This document shows, piece by piece, positions 46,936-60,582 of a stretch of DNA of 64,000 bases. The notes under the pieces are model-generated. The model had not been told where the DNA came from, did not search any database, and saw only the letters and a program-made list of their open reading frames with translations. The DNA comes from Asterias rubens (Eukaryota): assembly GCF_902459465.1 (NCBI RefSeq), contig NC_047069.1:15748001-15812000 (forward strand). The letters run 5' to 3'. Each line of letters starts with the position of its first letter. Position 1 is the stretch's first letter. Made by a program: the position numbers and the translations under genes.

Positions 46936-48109
46936 TGCTGAATATGCATGAATGGACTCATGAATATGAATGAGATAAATTTTGTGACCGCCTCCTCTTA
47001 AGATCAGGGGGTTGCTGTGGAGGAAGTAATGATAAATATATGCATATGCAACAGACACACGAGTATGAATGAGGAGGTGATGAGAGACACTGGGACTGGC
47101 CTTACAGGCCTAATGATTTTATCGGATAAAAAAGCTGTGACGAAAGCTTTTCTTTTTATCTGTGTTTTATGATTAGTCTGAGCTGATGTACTGTCAGCCT
47201 GCATTTTTGATCATTTGCATGCAGCATACATGTACATGGGCACAATGTTGTGTACATCATGAAGCGTTGTTTATTCATGTTAATGTACATTGACTGCAAA
47301 TCATTGTGTAAAATTAATGCAACGTCAACCAAGTCAACCAACGTACATCTGGCCATATCCGGCCTAACTGGTATCTGGCGTTGTTCGCGAGCCTCGAAGT
47401 GTGAAATCAGATGTTCTGGCTAGGTCGATACATGGTGGACAAGGTTGGTAATGGTGTCTGCATGGAGGGATTATAAGGAGCTGCCCCTACACCTTGTGAT
47501 TATGCTATCCGATAATTATTCATATTTCACTCAAATGCCTCCAATATTTGTATAAAAAGGAACCTACTGATGACTTGAAATTAGAGCTACAGTCTTGCAA
47601 CTTTAAACTTGTTTTTTGAAAGTCAAAGACAAATTTTACTGTAAAGTTTTGTATACAATTCTCATAATTGAAAATGTCTCCGTTTTGTGAGATAGAACTC
47701 CTTGAGACTAAACAGTTAAAAAGGAAGCAAAAGTGAGGAGCAGCAAGCATACATTGTGTTGCAGTTTGTTTATATTTTTTAACATTTGGGGTACCTAGCT
47801 TTATTCATATTGTCGTAGTTTTCACTTTAACCACACAGGAGAAAACAGACACTTTTTAAAACGGCAGTTTCAAAATTATTTTATTGTTGAAAATCAAAAC
47901 TGGTAACATTGTTGAACAGCTGAAATCTGAAATTACATGTAAGTTTGTGGATTTGTTTATTTAGTATCCTGTGCATTGCCGTATTGAGTTTACATGTTCG
48001 TCAGTTTTACTTAGTATCATAGTATTGTATATTTCCTATTTTTAAGTGGATACCTACTTCAATCTTTATGAGTTAACTCATGCGGCCTTTCCAGACTCTC
48101 CTCGTTCTC

Positions 48110-48257
48110 TAGTCTTGGTGCAAGAAGTTTTTGTTGAGTTAGTAAAACCATAAAACCATTTGCTGCACACATTGCAACTTGTTTGATGTGCAGTGTGGGG
48201 CAGGGAATCGTGATTAAATTGAGTGATAATGAAGAACAACATCTTGCACCAAGACTA
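48110..48257. mobile_element. 148-bp MITE-like inverted repeat
   Basis: TAGTCTTGGTGCAAGAAGTT / AACATCTTGCACCAAGACTA (1 mismatch), TA at both ends. Confidence 0.55.
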
Positions 48258-48898
48258 CTTATTCTCCTGCCTGTAGCCCAACCAGTGTGACCAATTATTG
48301 TAAACAATTAGCACAAAAAGAAACAAGATTTGCAAAATTGTGTATGGAAAATGCAATAAAGTTGCCTTTGTTTTTAAAAGTAAGCCAAAATAAACTGAAA
48401 TAGAGTAATTTGAAAACAAAACGGTAAATTTTAATAAACCATTCTGCTACAAATCAACGAATGACCATCTCTTCAACAACCCATTGTTTTTTAATGGTTC
48501 CCAGTTAAGAGTTTTCCAACCAGCAACAGTAAAAACAATATTCTGTGTGGGGGAAAAATGTAAATAAAAACAGCCCTTCTGTGAATGATATGATATTTTG
48601 CAACAAAACTCAACAGAAGCTCATGTAAATTAGAAGTTCAAGGTCATGTAAATTATATAAATTACCTGTAATTATTATACTAATTATTTTAAAGTTATTG
48701 CAGAACGAAATAAAACTTATACATTATTAATACATAAAAACAGTGTGAAGTTGTGGAATATTATTTTGTGAGTACATTTTTGGGGCTCTGAAACAATTAG
48801 AGTTGAATTTAAATTGTAAAAGTTCTGGAAGTAATTCAGAACTATCCTGATTTGCCTCACTGCCGCAAATAATCCTCATAACAACAATAACCCGCAGA

Positions 48899-49362
48899 CC
48901 AGTGTCAGATGCAATTGTGTCCGCCATGCAATACTGTCCGCTCCGGATCCTTTTGCATATGCAATCGTGTCCGGAGCTATGCAAAAACCGTCCGGCGGAC
49001 ATGCACATGACTGTACTAAGTGCGCGCGTAAGCGAGTGTGCATGCACTGAACCATAGATTCACGTATTTAATTGTTATTATTGCAGCGAATTACCCAATG
49101 GCCGAATATTTCCCATGTCAATTCATGACTCGACATGCACTTCAGCTTCTTGTAAACAAAATTGGCGAACATGTTCCGCCGACCAAGGGCGTTCAATTTA
49201 CCGCAAGGACGGTTTTGCATGGGGCGGACACAAATGCATATGCAAATGTGTCCGGGCGGACTTAATTGCATTATGTAGCAGCGTCCGGGCGGACACGATT
49301 GCACATGCAATAATGTCCTCCGGATAGTATTGCATAGAGGACATAATTGCATGCGACACGGG
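48899..49362. mobile_element. Non-autonomous DNA element with ~42-bp TIR and GTCCG/ATGCA subterminal repeats
   Basis: ccagtgtcagatgcaattgtgtcc... versus the reverse complement of ...ggacataattgcatgcgacacggg. Confidence 0.7.
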
Positions 49363-51423
49363 CTACGGCAATGGCTACGACTGTTGCTGGGGTGTTGCTA
49401 AGGACATCTCATACTTCAACACATGACGACGCTGTGCTCTAGCTGTAGCCACAGCCATAGCCACTAACTCAGACACAGCCATACAGGTTGACTCCAGGGT
49501 CCACCCCAAAAACACACAAGCCTTTTATTATACATTGTTATGCAGATTCGGTCTTGGAAACCAAGCAACCAGACTATCACCATTGAGAAATCGCATGTTA
49601 AACACAACTGCGTACAGAGTAATTGCATAACGGGATTCAAGATGGAACCTGGGCATTCCTGCAAGAAGGACAACTTCTACCTCCATGATCCGACCGACTA
49701 CTTCTAAGCCGGGACTGTTTAACCTGCTGAATGTATGTACCTTTTTCATAACATTCCTCTCAAGAAAATTGGTAGCTAAAACAATGTTTATTGACAGTTT
49801 AAAAAGAAAACCGGACCAACGCATGGCGGGACTCAAGTGCACTCTTGCCCAAAAGGAACAAAAGTCACTAGGCCTAAAGCGTTGTCAGGATCTTCTTCCG
49901 GTTTCTGCGCCGAATTTTAAAAAGCTTAAATTTACTTATTTGTTGGCTTATTTTGTTCATGACATGAACACTTTGTGGCCTATAATTTCAAATGTCCCGG
50001 TCATACTTTCCTGCAACCTATTCCGGACTGGTTAGGATAGGGTCTGTAATTAGAGTTTAAATGGACATATAAAGTGGCAGTTAGATATGGTTGGGAATCA
50101 CGTCACTACATCCAAGATACTATACACTATAGAGACTCCTTCTATGACTTGCCTTTAAGATGCAACTCAGATGTATTTTATATGTGCTTTATGTGCTTTA
50201 TATTATAAGAAGATTCTTTAGGAACTGTTTGTTCACAACATTACTAATTACAGCCCTAGATGATTATTTTTCACGGGGCTCGGGAGGGTACGTATCGATG
50301 TATACAAACGAATTGTATTCTTTATCCCCGATGCAAACGTAACTTTCGAGATAATAATAAATAACAACAAATCATTGTTGGTTAAGCAAAACATTTGGCA
50401 CTTTTAAGGGTTGGTACAAATTTTGGATAACATTCCGTATGGCGCCACCACTTTTTCACTAATTTTTACAAAAAAGGATATCTCATTGAGGTAAATTAGA
50501 TACTATATTATTTCATATCGAATGAAAAAGTGGTGGCGCCATACGGAAACTTTTCCCAAATTTTTACCACCCTGCAAATTATTATCATAACCACCCCATA
50601 GCATAAAAACCACGCTGGAGTTGTCCGGTCCAGTTTTTAACTTGGAAACCCTGCCTTCCTATCCGTTCTATCTATCACTTGAAACTTGTGGAAGCATAAT
50701 ATAATTGTATATACACTGGGCACGCTGGTTTAATTTTGTAAGCAAAAGTGGGCAAAATAAAATAAAAACTGCTAGTTTCAACTCAATAAAATTAGTGAAA
50801 TGTTGTTTCTTCTTAAAAGATAGGCCCTACCTGGTACTAAATAATTCTTATAAATATATTTTTAAATGTTTGAGTTATGACACATTTTTATTTCCCAATT
50901 CTCATATTTTTGAAAACTTATAATTTAAACAGCCAGAGTCCGAAGATGACTTCTTGTGACAGCAGTACTTTCAGAGTGTCACTCAATAAGGCGTCGAGAC
51001 ATTACACATACTATACTCATTATAAGGCTTGATGCCTTACTCAATATATTTCTCATAAGTTGCATAAAAGCATCCTGTTTTATTTTGAAGCTTCACCGCT
51101 GAGAGAAAAATACTTGTGATTTGATTTTTCATAAACTGTTGACTTTATAAACTTTGGCTATGTTTGGCTGTAGTTCCCAACTTCCTATACCCACACTTGG
51201 AACTCTTTGTTTATTGCAGTCTATAAGCACAAAGCGGCGTCTTATAATGAATGCGTTTCTGAATCGGAACACACGGTAAATGCCGGATAAGTTTCGCGCG
51301 TAAAACGCCCCCCCCCCCTTTTCACTACTATTGGTCAGGTCATGTTTCTGACCCAACCAGATTGGTTGAATATTTGCCCTCAATACGGACATCGCGTGCC
51401 GGACCAACGGGTCCGACAAAAGT

Positions 51424-51791
51424 CTTTAGCTGGACACGTTTGGTAATTACTACTCAAACTAGTATTATATAACGAGCAACGATGAGCTGTTGATTTTAAA
51501 ACATTGTGTGAGAAACGACTTCTTCTGAGATAATTTAGTTTTCTAGAAAGAGGTATGTTCTCACTAAAATGAATCTGAGAAAGACTGCAAGCCTGAAGCC
51601 TTTTTCTCAGACATCTGAAAGCACACATGTGTGCAACAAATGCGTTTTTTTCTTTCATTATTTGTTTTTGCAACTTGTATGACCAATAATTGAGCACAAA
51701 ATGTTCACAAATTTGTTATTGTGTGCATGTTGAGATACATAGAATGAGAATACTGGTTTTTGACATTATCAAACGTCTCCAGTGCCTTTAA
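51424..51791 (-). mobile_element. Kolobok-like MITE family A, diverged
   Basis: Reverse-orientation match to the family interior and termini. Confidence 0.7.
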
Positions 51792-52960
51792 CAGCATTTT
51801 ACCATTGATGTGGCAGGCGCCATTTTAGCAAACAGGGCTTTTTTGCTCTGATTACTTTTATTGATTGGACAAAACCAATTATACCTAAAATGAAGAGATA
51901 AACAACGTGACTGTGTAACTGACATATTGTCATTTAGTATGATAAAGTTTTTTGAATTGGTGTATTTTTAGTTGAATATTTGGTGCTGTATCAATATTCT
52001 CAAAAATTACTAAACTATCAGAGTTTAATAAGACCCATTGCAATGTTTTATATTTAGATTTGTATGTACTCATATTTAATGCAATTCTCTTGTTGTAACC
52101 TTGGAGTTGCCATGTTTACCAGTTTTGTATGTAAAATTCGATGCAGTTTTGCCTGTAGCAAAAGGGTTTTTCATTTTGTTGCCATATTTTACATATATAT
52201 CATTAAGGCATGGTATACTTTTGGTAACTGTCTGGGACCGGTATCCCTACTTGGTTCATCCATATCCACACTACATAAACAAAATATAAAAAATGTGTGT
52301 TGGCAAAATTAGTCATCGAAGTTTCAAGAAAATATTCAGAAAAACACCCTTGTTTGCATACAAATTATCTGCTTTCAGATACCTGAGAAAGGCTTCTTCA
52401 TCACATGCCTTACAAAAGCTTATTCTCAACTTTTTTTGTGTGACAAAAATACTGCAATACTTCAAAGGGTTTCGTTAAACAATGTTTTATAATGTAGACA
52501 TCTCTTCACCAGTGCTCTTTCAGTTTATAACCAAAGTTATATCATCCCTTTAAGTTTCTGAACTAATACATGGGGAAGATATAATGCCACTGGACTCAAG
52601 TTCTGATGGCCGAGTCACAGAATGTGGGTCCAGTTTACTATTGTAATGGTTAGGCCTGTAGCAAACTTTATAGGTAGGCCAATAACCAGTCATTATTGTT
52701 TGAGGGATATGACGTTTTTTGGGAGTAGATTTTTTTTAAATTAAAGCAATTTTGCACCATTTTACTTATTAATTTATGGTTTTTTTTGGGGGGGGGGTGG
52801 ACAGACCCCAGTTATGTGTCTGGTTGACAGAATGTTTAGAAGCGGATGTGTAATCGGCCAATCATCTTGTCACTTGACTCAAGTTCTGATGGTCAATTCA
52901 CAGATTTCACAAAGGTTTAGGACTACATGTAGTCCCAACTTAGGACTAGTCAAGATATAC

Positions 52961-53370
52961 AAAAGGCAGTGGACACTATTGGTTATTACTCAAAATAATT
53001 ATCAGCATAAACCTCACTTGGTAACGAGTAATGGTGCGAGGTTGATATCAACCACAATGTTTTATACTAGTATAAAACATTGTGAGAAACGGCTCCCTCT
53101 GAAGTGACGTAGTTTTCGAGAAAGAAATCATTTTTCACGAGTTTGATTTCGAGACATCAAGTTTAGAATTTGAGGTCTCGAAATCAAGCATCTGAAAACA
53201 CACAACTTCGTGTGACAAGGATGTTTTTTTTTTCTTTCATAGTTATCTCGCAGCTTTGACAACCAATTTAGCTCAAATTTCACCGGTTTGTTATTTTATG
53301 CATAATGTTGAGATACATCAAGTGAGAAGACTGGTCTTTGACAATTACCAATAGTATCCAGTGTCTTTAA
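52961..53370 (-). mobile_element. Kolobok-like MITE family A
   Basis: Reverse full-length copy nested in an older ggactagtc/taagttagg repeat. Confidence 0.8.
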
Positions 53371-53404
53371 GGCTATTCCTAAGTTAGGGCGACTAACTCG
53401 TCCC

Positions 53405-53720
53405 AACACTGTGGACTCAAGTTCTGATGGCAGAGTCATAGAATGTGGGTCCAGAATGTGGGTCCAGATTCATTGTCATAAGTTATCTTTGCACTGGACT
53501 CAAGTTCTGATGGCTGAGTCATAGAATGTGGGTCCAGAATGTGGGTTCGGATCCATTTTGTATAGTTAGGCCTTGAGCAAACTTATGATTACATAAACGA
53601 GTATAGTTGGTCAAGTTATCTTGGCACTGGACTCAAGTTCTGATGGCTGAGTCATAGAATGTGGGTCCAGAATGTGTGGGTCCAGATCCATTTTCATAGT
53701 TAGGCCTGTGGCAAATTTTG
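53405..53720 (+). repeat. Tandem amplification of a SINE-head-like unit
   Basis: ggactcaagttctgatggc.gagtcatagaatgtgggtccag occurs 3 times here, with dispersed copies near 52590 and 52876. Confidence 0.7.
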
Positions 53721-53787
53721 ATGACAGAATTCTTAAAAACGGATTGCAAAGTTATGTATGGCTCAGGGGGCTGTACAAAGAGTTAAT

Positions 53788-54607
53788 AAAGACACTGTAC
53801 ACTATTTGTAATTGTCAAAGACTAGTCTCCACACTTGGTGTATCTCAACATATGCATAAAAATAACAAACCTGTGAAAATTTGAGCTCAATTGGTCGTCG
53901 AAGTTGCGAGATAATAATGCAAGAAAAAACACCCTTGCCACATGAAGTTGTGTGCTTTCATATGCTTGAGTTCGGGACCTCAAAATCTAATTCTGAGGTC
54001 TCGAAATCAAGTTCAAATATTTTAGTGGAAAGTTACTTCTTTCACGGAAACTACGTTACTTCAGAGGGAGCCGTTTCTCTTAATGTTTTATACTATCAAC
54101 AGCTCTCCAATGTTTGTTATATACCAAGTAAGTTTTTATGCTTCCAACTATTTTGGGTAATTACTAATAGTGTCCACTGCCTGTAAGGCTCGTCTTATCT
54201 CGAATAAGGACGGGTTACTTAAAGACACTGGACACTATTGGTAATTGTCAAAGACCAGTCTTCTCACTTGCTGTATCTCAACATATTATGCATAAAATAA
54301 CAAACCTGTGAAACTTTAAGCTCAATCGGTCATCGAAGTTGCGAGATCATAATGAAAGAAAAAACACCCCCGTCACACGAAGTTGTGTGCGTTCAGGTGC
54401 TTGATTTCGAGACCTCAAATTCTAAACATGATGTATCGAAATCAAATTCGTGGAAAATTACTTCTTTCTCGAAAACTACGTTACTTCAGAGGGAGCCGTT
54501 TCTTACAATGTTTTATACTATCAACCTCTCCCCATTACTCCTTACCAAGTAAGGTTTTATGTTAATAATTATTTTGAGTAATTACCAATAGTGTTCACTG
54601 CCTTTAA
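53788..54607 (+). mobile_element. Two adjacent Kolobok-like MITE family A copies (53788-54186 and 54219-54607)
   Basis: Both match the family consensus; the second has TTAA at both ends. Confidence 0.85.
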
Positions 54608-57600
54608 GACTAGCGTTAAGTTTTTAATAACTACTAAAGAGTCATCCTAGTCCTTAGTTAGGACTGCACCTATTAAAAAAAAAACCTATGTCAAAGATAA
54701 CATAAAATGTTGTTACTCCTTTTTAATCACATGACTTTACTTTTCAAAGAGTTGTCACTCACCGCACTATTTAATGAGTCGACATTAAAACTTGTTTGTT
54801 TTTAGGAGCAACAGGTGATAGCAGGCTGTTAAGTTGGTTATGCGTAAACGGGTTGTATTTTTTGTTTTGTTTTAATATGCCATTACTTAGTATAAGTAAA
54901 CTGCAAGTTGGCACACGAAGTCCAAGATCTGCAGGTCTGCTTGTTGTTGTCAATTTGCCTCATCACCTGCACCATATGGCGTTTCCATCGAGTTTGCTTT
55001 AGCTACATTGGACTTATGTTTATGTACATCATCGCCACGCTGATGATGATTGTAAGTCTTCATAATGAATAACTGATGCCTTATCAGATTTACTTTCAAT
55101 TCCAAGTCATACTCCCCATCACACTAACTCCTGCAGTGAATGCTGTTGACCACAATGGATATCCATGCAGAAGTTCATTTTGGACTCACAAATGACTCTA
55201 TATTATGTTCAGTCGTCTTTTTGGACAACACACCTTTCGAGGACAACATTGATGTATAATAATTATGAGCTTCTTCATCTTAGGAGATTTGAATGAGGCA
55301 ATGGTGCTTGTGAATCAATACTCACTGTGTGGGGAAACAGCACTGTCTCCCAAGCTCCTCGTGTTGACTGGTTTGCTGCTCATAAGACTACCTCTTTCTT
55401 CTGATGACGCTATACCGCTCATAAGATACTACATCCATCTTCATGATCATGATACAAATGATGATTGTGCACTCTGGTGCTCACGGTGAAAACACCAAGA
55501 TAGCCCGGTCAGAGGTTCATTGAATCCTATTTTCGCAGTGAGTGAAACCGCAATGATTAATGATGAAATATCTTGTGCATACATTTTGCAACCTAAATCC
55601 TTCAAAATTCTTCAAAATTAAAGCTATATGCCTCTTTTATAAATTCTAATAATATTATTGTAATACTATTTATAGTTTTCAAGTAACAGGGTAGTTCATT
55701 TTATTTTTTTTTAAATGTTTTTGTTTTTGAGATTTTAAGGATATTTTTTTATATGAGGAGGCCTTTCTTTTTCAATGGTAAAATGCTGTTCACGGTAGGG
55801 CGTTCATACTGAGTGGCGTAAAAACAATCCCTTACCGTTGTCGTCGTCGTTGTCGTCGTCGTCGTCGCGCTCGGTTTTCGCGCCAATTCGTATTAGCCAG
55901 GGCTCAGGGCTGCGTTCATATTGATGCCAGGTCATCTTTTCACCTTTACACTTGTTTTACATATTATTGTAAATCCGTGCGGAGTAGAACCATTACTTCT
56001 TGCCGCGGTCAAAATAAGTGGATGTTCTCAAGTTGAGAATATACCACTTAACACTGCTCACTCGTAACACTGCTGATTATACATAATAGGTTGGGTATAG
56101 GAACACATCCCAAAATAATTGATAGATAATTGGTCACTCTTTTCACCAACTATGATTGTTTAGTTAAGATAGATCTGCTGTTACAAGAAGTCACTTTATA
56201 CCTTCACTTCTTCCCCCATGCCTACATGCCCAGTGTATCAACCTGTTTCAAAGCTACTTACCCCTGTTTATTGACAAACATTGAAACCATCTCAGGAATA
56301 TCTTCGGACTCCCGGGTAATTGAATCAAATGTAACAATTGCATCTGGGATTATTAAGAATAATGTGTACATTTTGAGACACAACCTTGAAATTAACCTAA
56401 AAACTTGTAATAAGTCCATGGTTAGTTTGCTAGCATGTTTCTTTTGGTTCGGATCCTACAAATACAGTTTTAAATTTGTGATTGTCTAAACTACAGTCCA
56501 GGAGCGCATCTCACCAAATCTTATCATCACCACAGTTGCTCCTCGTAAAACATTACAAACCAAACATACCCATCGATCGCACAAAATGTTTTGTTTGTTT
56601 TGAGAGAGTTCCCATTAGCTTCATTTTCAGAAAGTTTCCCAAATTGGTGAATCCGCTTGGAACATTTTTCTCTTGCCTTTTTTTCATAGCTTTTTCTAAA
56701 AGAGCCCCCAAAACTGTTCTTTTCTGATTTTTGAATTAAATTGTTGTCGGCGGCGGCAGTGTTCCCCCGTGTCTGTGCTCTTTTATGAGCTATGCCTATA
56801 ACCTCAACGACCCTGCAAATATTACATGCCCATGGTCCTACTATTGCTTCAAACACAACTTCCAAACAATGCCTTTTAAATATTTTATGTTATCCGTTGA
56901 TATCGAGTTGTTGACTGTCCCATTCAAGAGTCTGATAGGATGAAAAGCTCACAAAGCGTTACACACATTGAACACGTTACGCACCAATAAACACAGGAGC
57001 GCGTTTGTTATGTTTATACCCGCCGGAAAATCAACAGCTCTAGATGGAAATCAACAAGATTACAAACAATAGTACACAGGTTTAAAAAAAAATTATGCTG
57101 TATATTTTACCGTATAAAATATATTTAAATCAAATAACAGAAATATTATTTGTATTGTGAGTCAATTTTTTTCAACCACGTTTAAATGAATATTGTTAAA
57201 ATAGTAGTTTACTGAACAAGGCATACGAGCACACGTTAATTGATTGGTTGAATTTGTGTACCAAAGTACTAGGCAACTAGACAGTGCATGACAACAGTTG
57301 TAATATCTGTCACAAAATACAAGCGATATCGTCAAAAATATAACAATAACATCAATTTGACTTGAGAATTTATGCATTCATCATGACGACTGTATCCTTT
57401 AGGACTGTTTTATTGGAGTGAATGGACTGTGAGATGTTGGTGAATTGAGATTTTAGACTGAACGAGCTGGGTGAAATACCCGGTTTATTTTTCATTTCCC
57501 ACCTGTTCTACAGCACACGACGAACGAGGATCGTACGGGGGCCATAGCGCCACAGACAGGCCGTGTTGTGAACGGAAACGTTGTGTGCGGGGATTGCCCG

Positions 57601-57690
57601 TTTATGTGATTGGAGCCGTCCATGTGATGTACAGCAAGCGTTTTCAAGATGTATGAGATAAATACCGCAAATGTGCGGTCATCAACAGAA

Positions 57691-59800
57691 ATGGAGAGTA
57701 AGTTTACATTAAATAATTATTATTATTACTAATTACCGTTTTTTTTTAAACCTTTTCTTTCCCCATTTTACAATATTTGACATTTGCATAATTTAAAAAA
57801 TGAGGAAAGAGCTCCTGCCACTGGCTGGGTCAATAAAACTCATCAAGTTCTGATTTTATTTAAATTTTAATTTATAACTATGTATTTATCTGCTGTCAGA
57901 CCATTATTTGCATCCATTGATGATGTCAATAAAAATTGATTCTATTTGTTCTGTTTAGTACTTGCTTTAAATAATTGCATGCCTCGAAATAACCCATTAC
58001 GCCCTGTAGAATTATAAGGTTGGTTTCACTATTGTCCCCCAGGTGCATACAAATATGAAGGGCAAAAAATTTCATATTATTAGGGTTTGATGACGAGCAA
58101 CTAGCCAGCTTGGGTTAGGTGACTTGGAATTAGAAACTTGACCGTTTACTACACATGTCAATGTCATTGGTGCATGATGTCTAATGCATCCATTTCATCC
58201 TGAACTTTCTCTTCATCGACTGCAAATGTCCGGCTGCTGTCTACTGCAAGACAATCCTTGCGTGATACCCCACACTGTACCTCGCTGGTATGGGTTCCTA
58301 GACTCCTGGCACGACTCATCTCTTCCTCCACTGCAGTTTGCTAGAGGCCTTAAAGATTGTACTCCAGTGGCTGCATCTGGGAGCGACAATTGCCTGTTCT
58401 AAACTCTCTTTCAACTACCATCAAAGTTGATGAATCTCTCAGTATGGAACTGCGTCTCCGGACATAAGATGTGGTGAACAATTGTGCACCAACATGCATC
58501 TTAAAACTGGACTTGTCACTGTCAGCCCATCCTACAAGGAAGGAAGCCTGCCAAAGTTGTTTGTCTACCTGGACAATCGAAACAATAGCCACTGTTATTG
58601 ATGCACCAGTCATCTTCATCTATCGCCAATTCATGCGATAGCAGATGTGTGTGTGAGAATCTTAAACACAACATTAAATCAAAAAGTGGTTTGCGCCATG
58701 GAGCTATTACAGCTCCGTGTTCGCACAAAGGCCCTGTACTACATCATGTGGACAGCAAAGCACCTCTCGTCTGCTTAGTCTGCTGGCACCTGGACTCCAA
58801 ATCACTTCATTCCCCACTGCAAAAAAATGAGGTTATTACTGAGTACAGACATTCACGGAAGTTGTGGCGTCAACTCCTCTACCTTGCGAAGAGCACAAAG
58901 CAGCTGAAGCCCCTGTTCTATCATTGCACCACTCACACATTCCTACTGTTACCGCTGACGTCTCTCCTGTTGACCTCTCCCCTGATAGTCAACCTGGACT
59001 ATGTTTTTATGAGGAGGGTTCTGCTGTACTAACCTCTACGCCAAAGCTTCCTTCACGAGTACCGGCACCATTTGTTGTCCTCTTCCCTGAACTCTCACAT
59101 GGTCACTGAAACTGCTGGCATCTCTCTTGTCCACGTCTCTCCTGATCAACCTAAACCGTTCACCCCAAGTGGTCCGGCTGACAAGTTAAAGTGTTGAAAA
59201 ACTTCTCTATTTAGTTTGATTGTTAGCTGGTGAAAAAGCTAATAGAGTCTGAGGAGGGAAATGGCAAGGAGCTGTGAGGGGTCGGAGCTCCGCTAGCCCC
59301 CACGACACTCTCCTATGAAGGCCTAACCCCTTTGACTCTTTGCTGTGCTCGGGGAAGACCTAGGCCCCCAGCCCAGGCTTTGGAAAGGGCCCTGCCCGCC
59401 CTTTCTTTCATGCTTTTTATAATTGGCCGAGTCTTCCGAGCAAGGTGAGTACTGGTCCTGCTGGCCAGTCACTTAACACTTTAAGAGCAAACCTATCATT
59501 CTAGGTTTATACCATAGTATCCTTTTGTGTAGCATTTAATTTATTGTTTGTGTATTCTTTACGCAGATCCCAAATTTGACTTGGGCCCACGAAAATCAAA
59601 CAACAACCATCCGTCGGTCAGCATTAGTAAAGAGGACATAGCGTCCGTCATTAAGCTCAAACCTCCAGCCAAGAAAACATGGGAACCAGACGTGAAGACG
59701 ATGATCTCAACAAAGAAGTGGCTCAGCACCTACGGGTTGAAGAAGAACCGCTTGACGATGGATCAGATCTTGGCTACCATTGGTTTCAAACACAGTGATG
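57691..59800 (+). CDS. VWA3B: von Willebrand factor A domain-containing protein 3B, first exons (gene continues beyond the window)
   Basis: Exon 59567-59800 (phase 1-1) encodes MISTKKWLSTYGLKKNRLTMDQILATIGFKHSD, matching the human VWA3B N-terminal LISSEKWLQLHGLKSNKLTLKQILSQIGFPHCED as I recall it. Candidate start exon ATGGAGA|gtaagt at 57691-57697 gives MENPKF... in the correct phase. Confidence 0.8.
58184..58830 (+). pseudogene. Decayed vertnin-like OTU protease domain, probably a transposon relic, in VWA3B intron 1
   Basis: Motifs in order across three frames: SGSDNCLF* (GDGNCLF-like), ELRLRT*, WTIETIATVIDAPVIFIY, IMWT, PNHFIP; at least 2 frameshifts and several stops. Confidence 0.6.
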
Positions 59801-60466
59801 GTAAGTCAAGGACCTACGTGTATTTTCATAGGCCCCTGTACCTGCTGAAGCAGAAAATACTGCTTTAATATCAAAGGTTGTTGTGTAGATACCCCCGTCA
59901 CAAAATGTCAGTACATATTCTAATCTAACTCGCACATGCATAAAATGTGCTAGTTAGATTTGAAGAATGTCTGGGTACATTGGCTTGCTTAGTCACAAGT
60001 TACTGTTTACATTTGAATTCCTCAGACTACAGAGACAGTTGCTATGTGACATGATACGGGCCTAGCTTTTGTGTAGCAACCTCCAGATGAGCAGACCCAG
60101 GTACCATTGTGCCACATACTGTATCCATTCAGAATTGTGTATGGGTGTTCACCTGCTTGATCATGTGACATGGCAACTGTCTCTATAGTCTGAGGAATTC
60201 AACCTTAAGTGGTGACTTGTGATCAAGCACGTCATTGTACAGACAATATTCAAATCTAACACGCAAATGGCTTATTAGCTTGCGATGGGTTTGCAAGTAG
60301 TTTTCAACAGCATTCGGGGCCCCATAGGACTCCTTGCAGCTGCCAGGTCAGGTTTCTTTCTTTTATCTCAAACTAAAACCTGGTGACATGTTTCGCATCA
60401 TCAATTGATCTCAAATAAATTTGTTGATGCCTGGCAAGTGTCCGGCAGGGCATTGCACACATCAGT

Positions 60467-60547
60467 AGGGCCACTGATTTTCCGCGATCGCGGAAAACGG
60501 ACGGAATTCGCGGAATCCGCCCTTTGAAACGGAAAACGGGATTTCAG

Positions 60548-60582
<35 letters not shown>

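Noticed and set aside
49546-49732. Exon-like segment (atgcag|IRSWKPSNQT...DPTDYF*, donor at 49733)
   Set aside because: In-frame stop, no recognisable homology and no partner exons; cannot be supported.
15590-54565. Recurrent 60-100 aa ORFs ([15 protein letters not shown]..., MCAFRCLI..., MSSIGRRSCE...)
   Set aside because: All are translations of the family A MITE interior, with variable frames and stops; not a protein family.
56527-56865. 112-aa ORF with WACNIC, resembling a RanBP2 zinc finger
   Set aside because: Lacks the second CxxC pair and has a non-ATG start; likely spurious.
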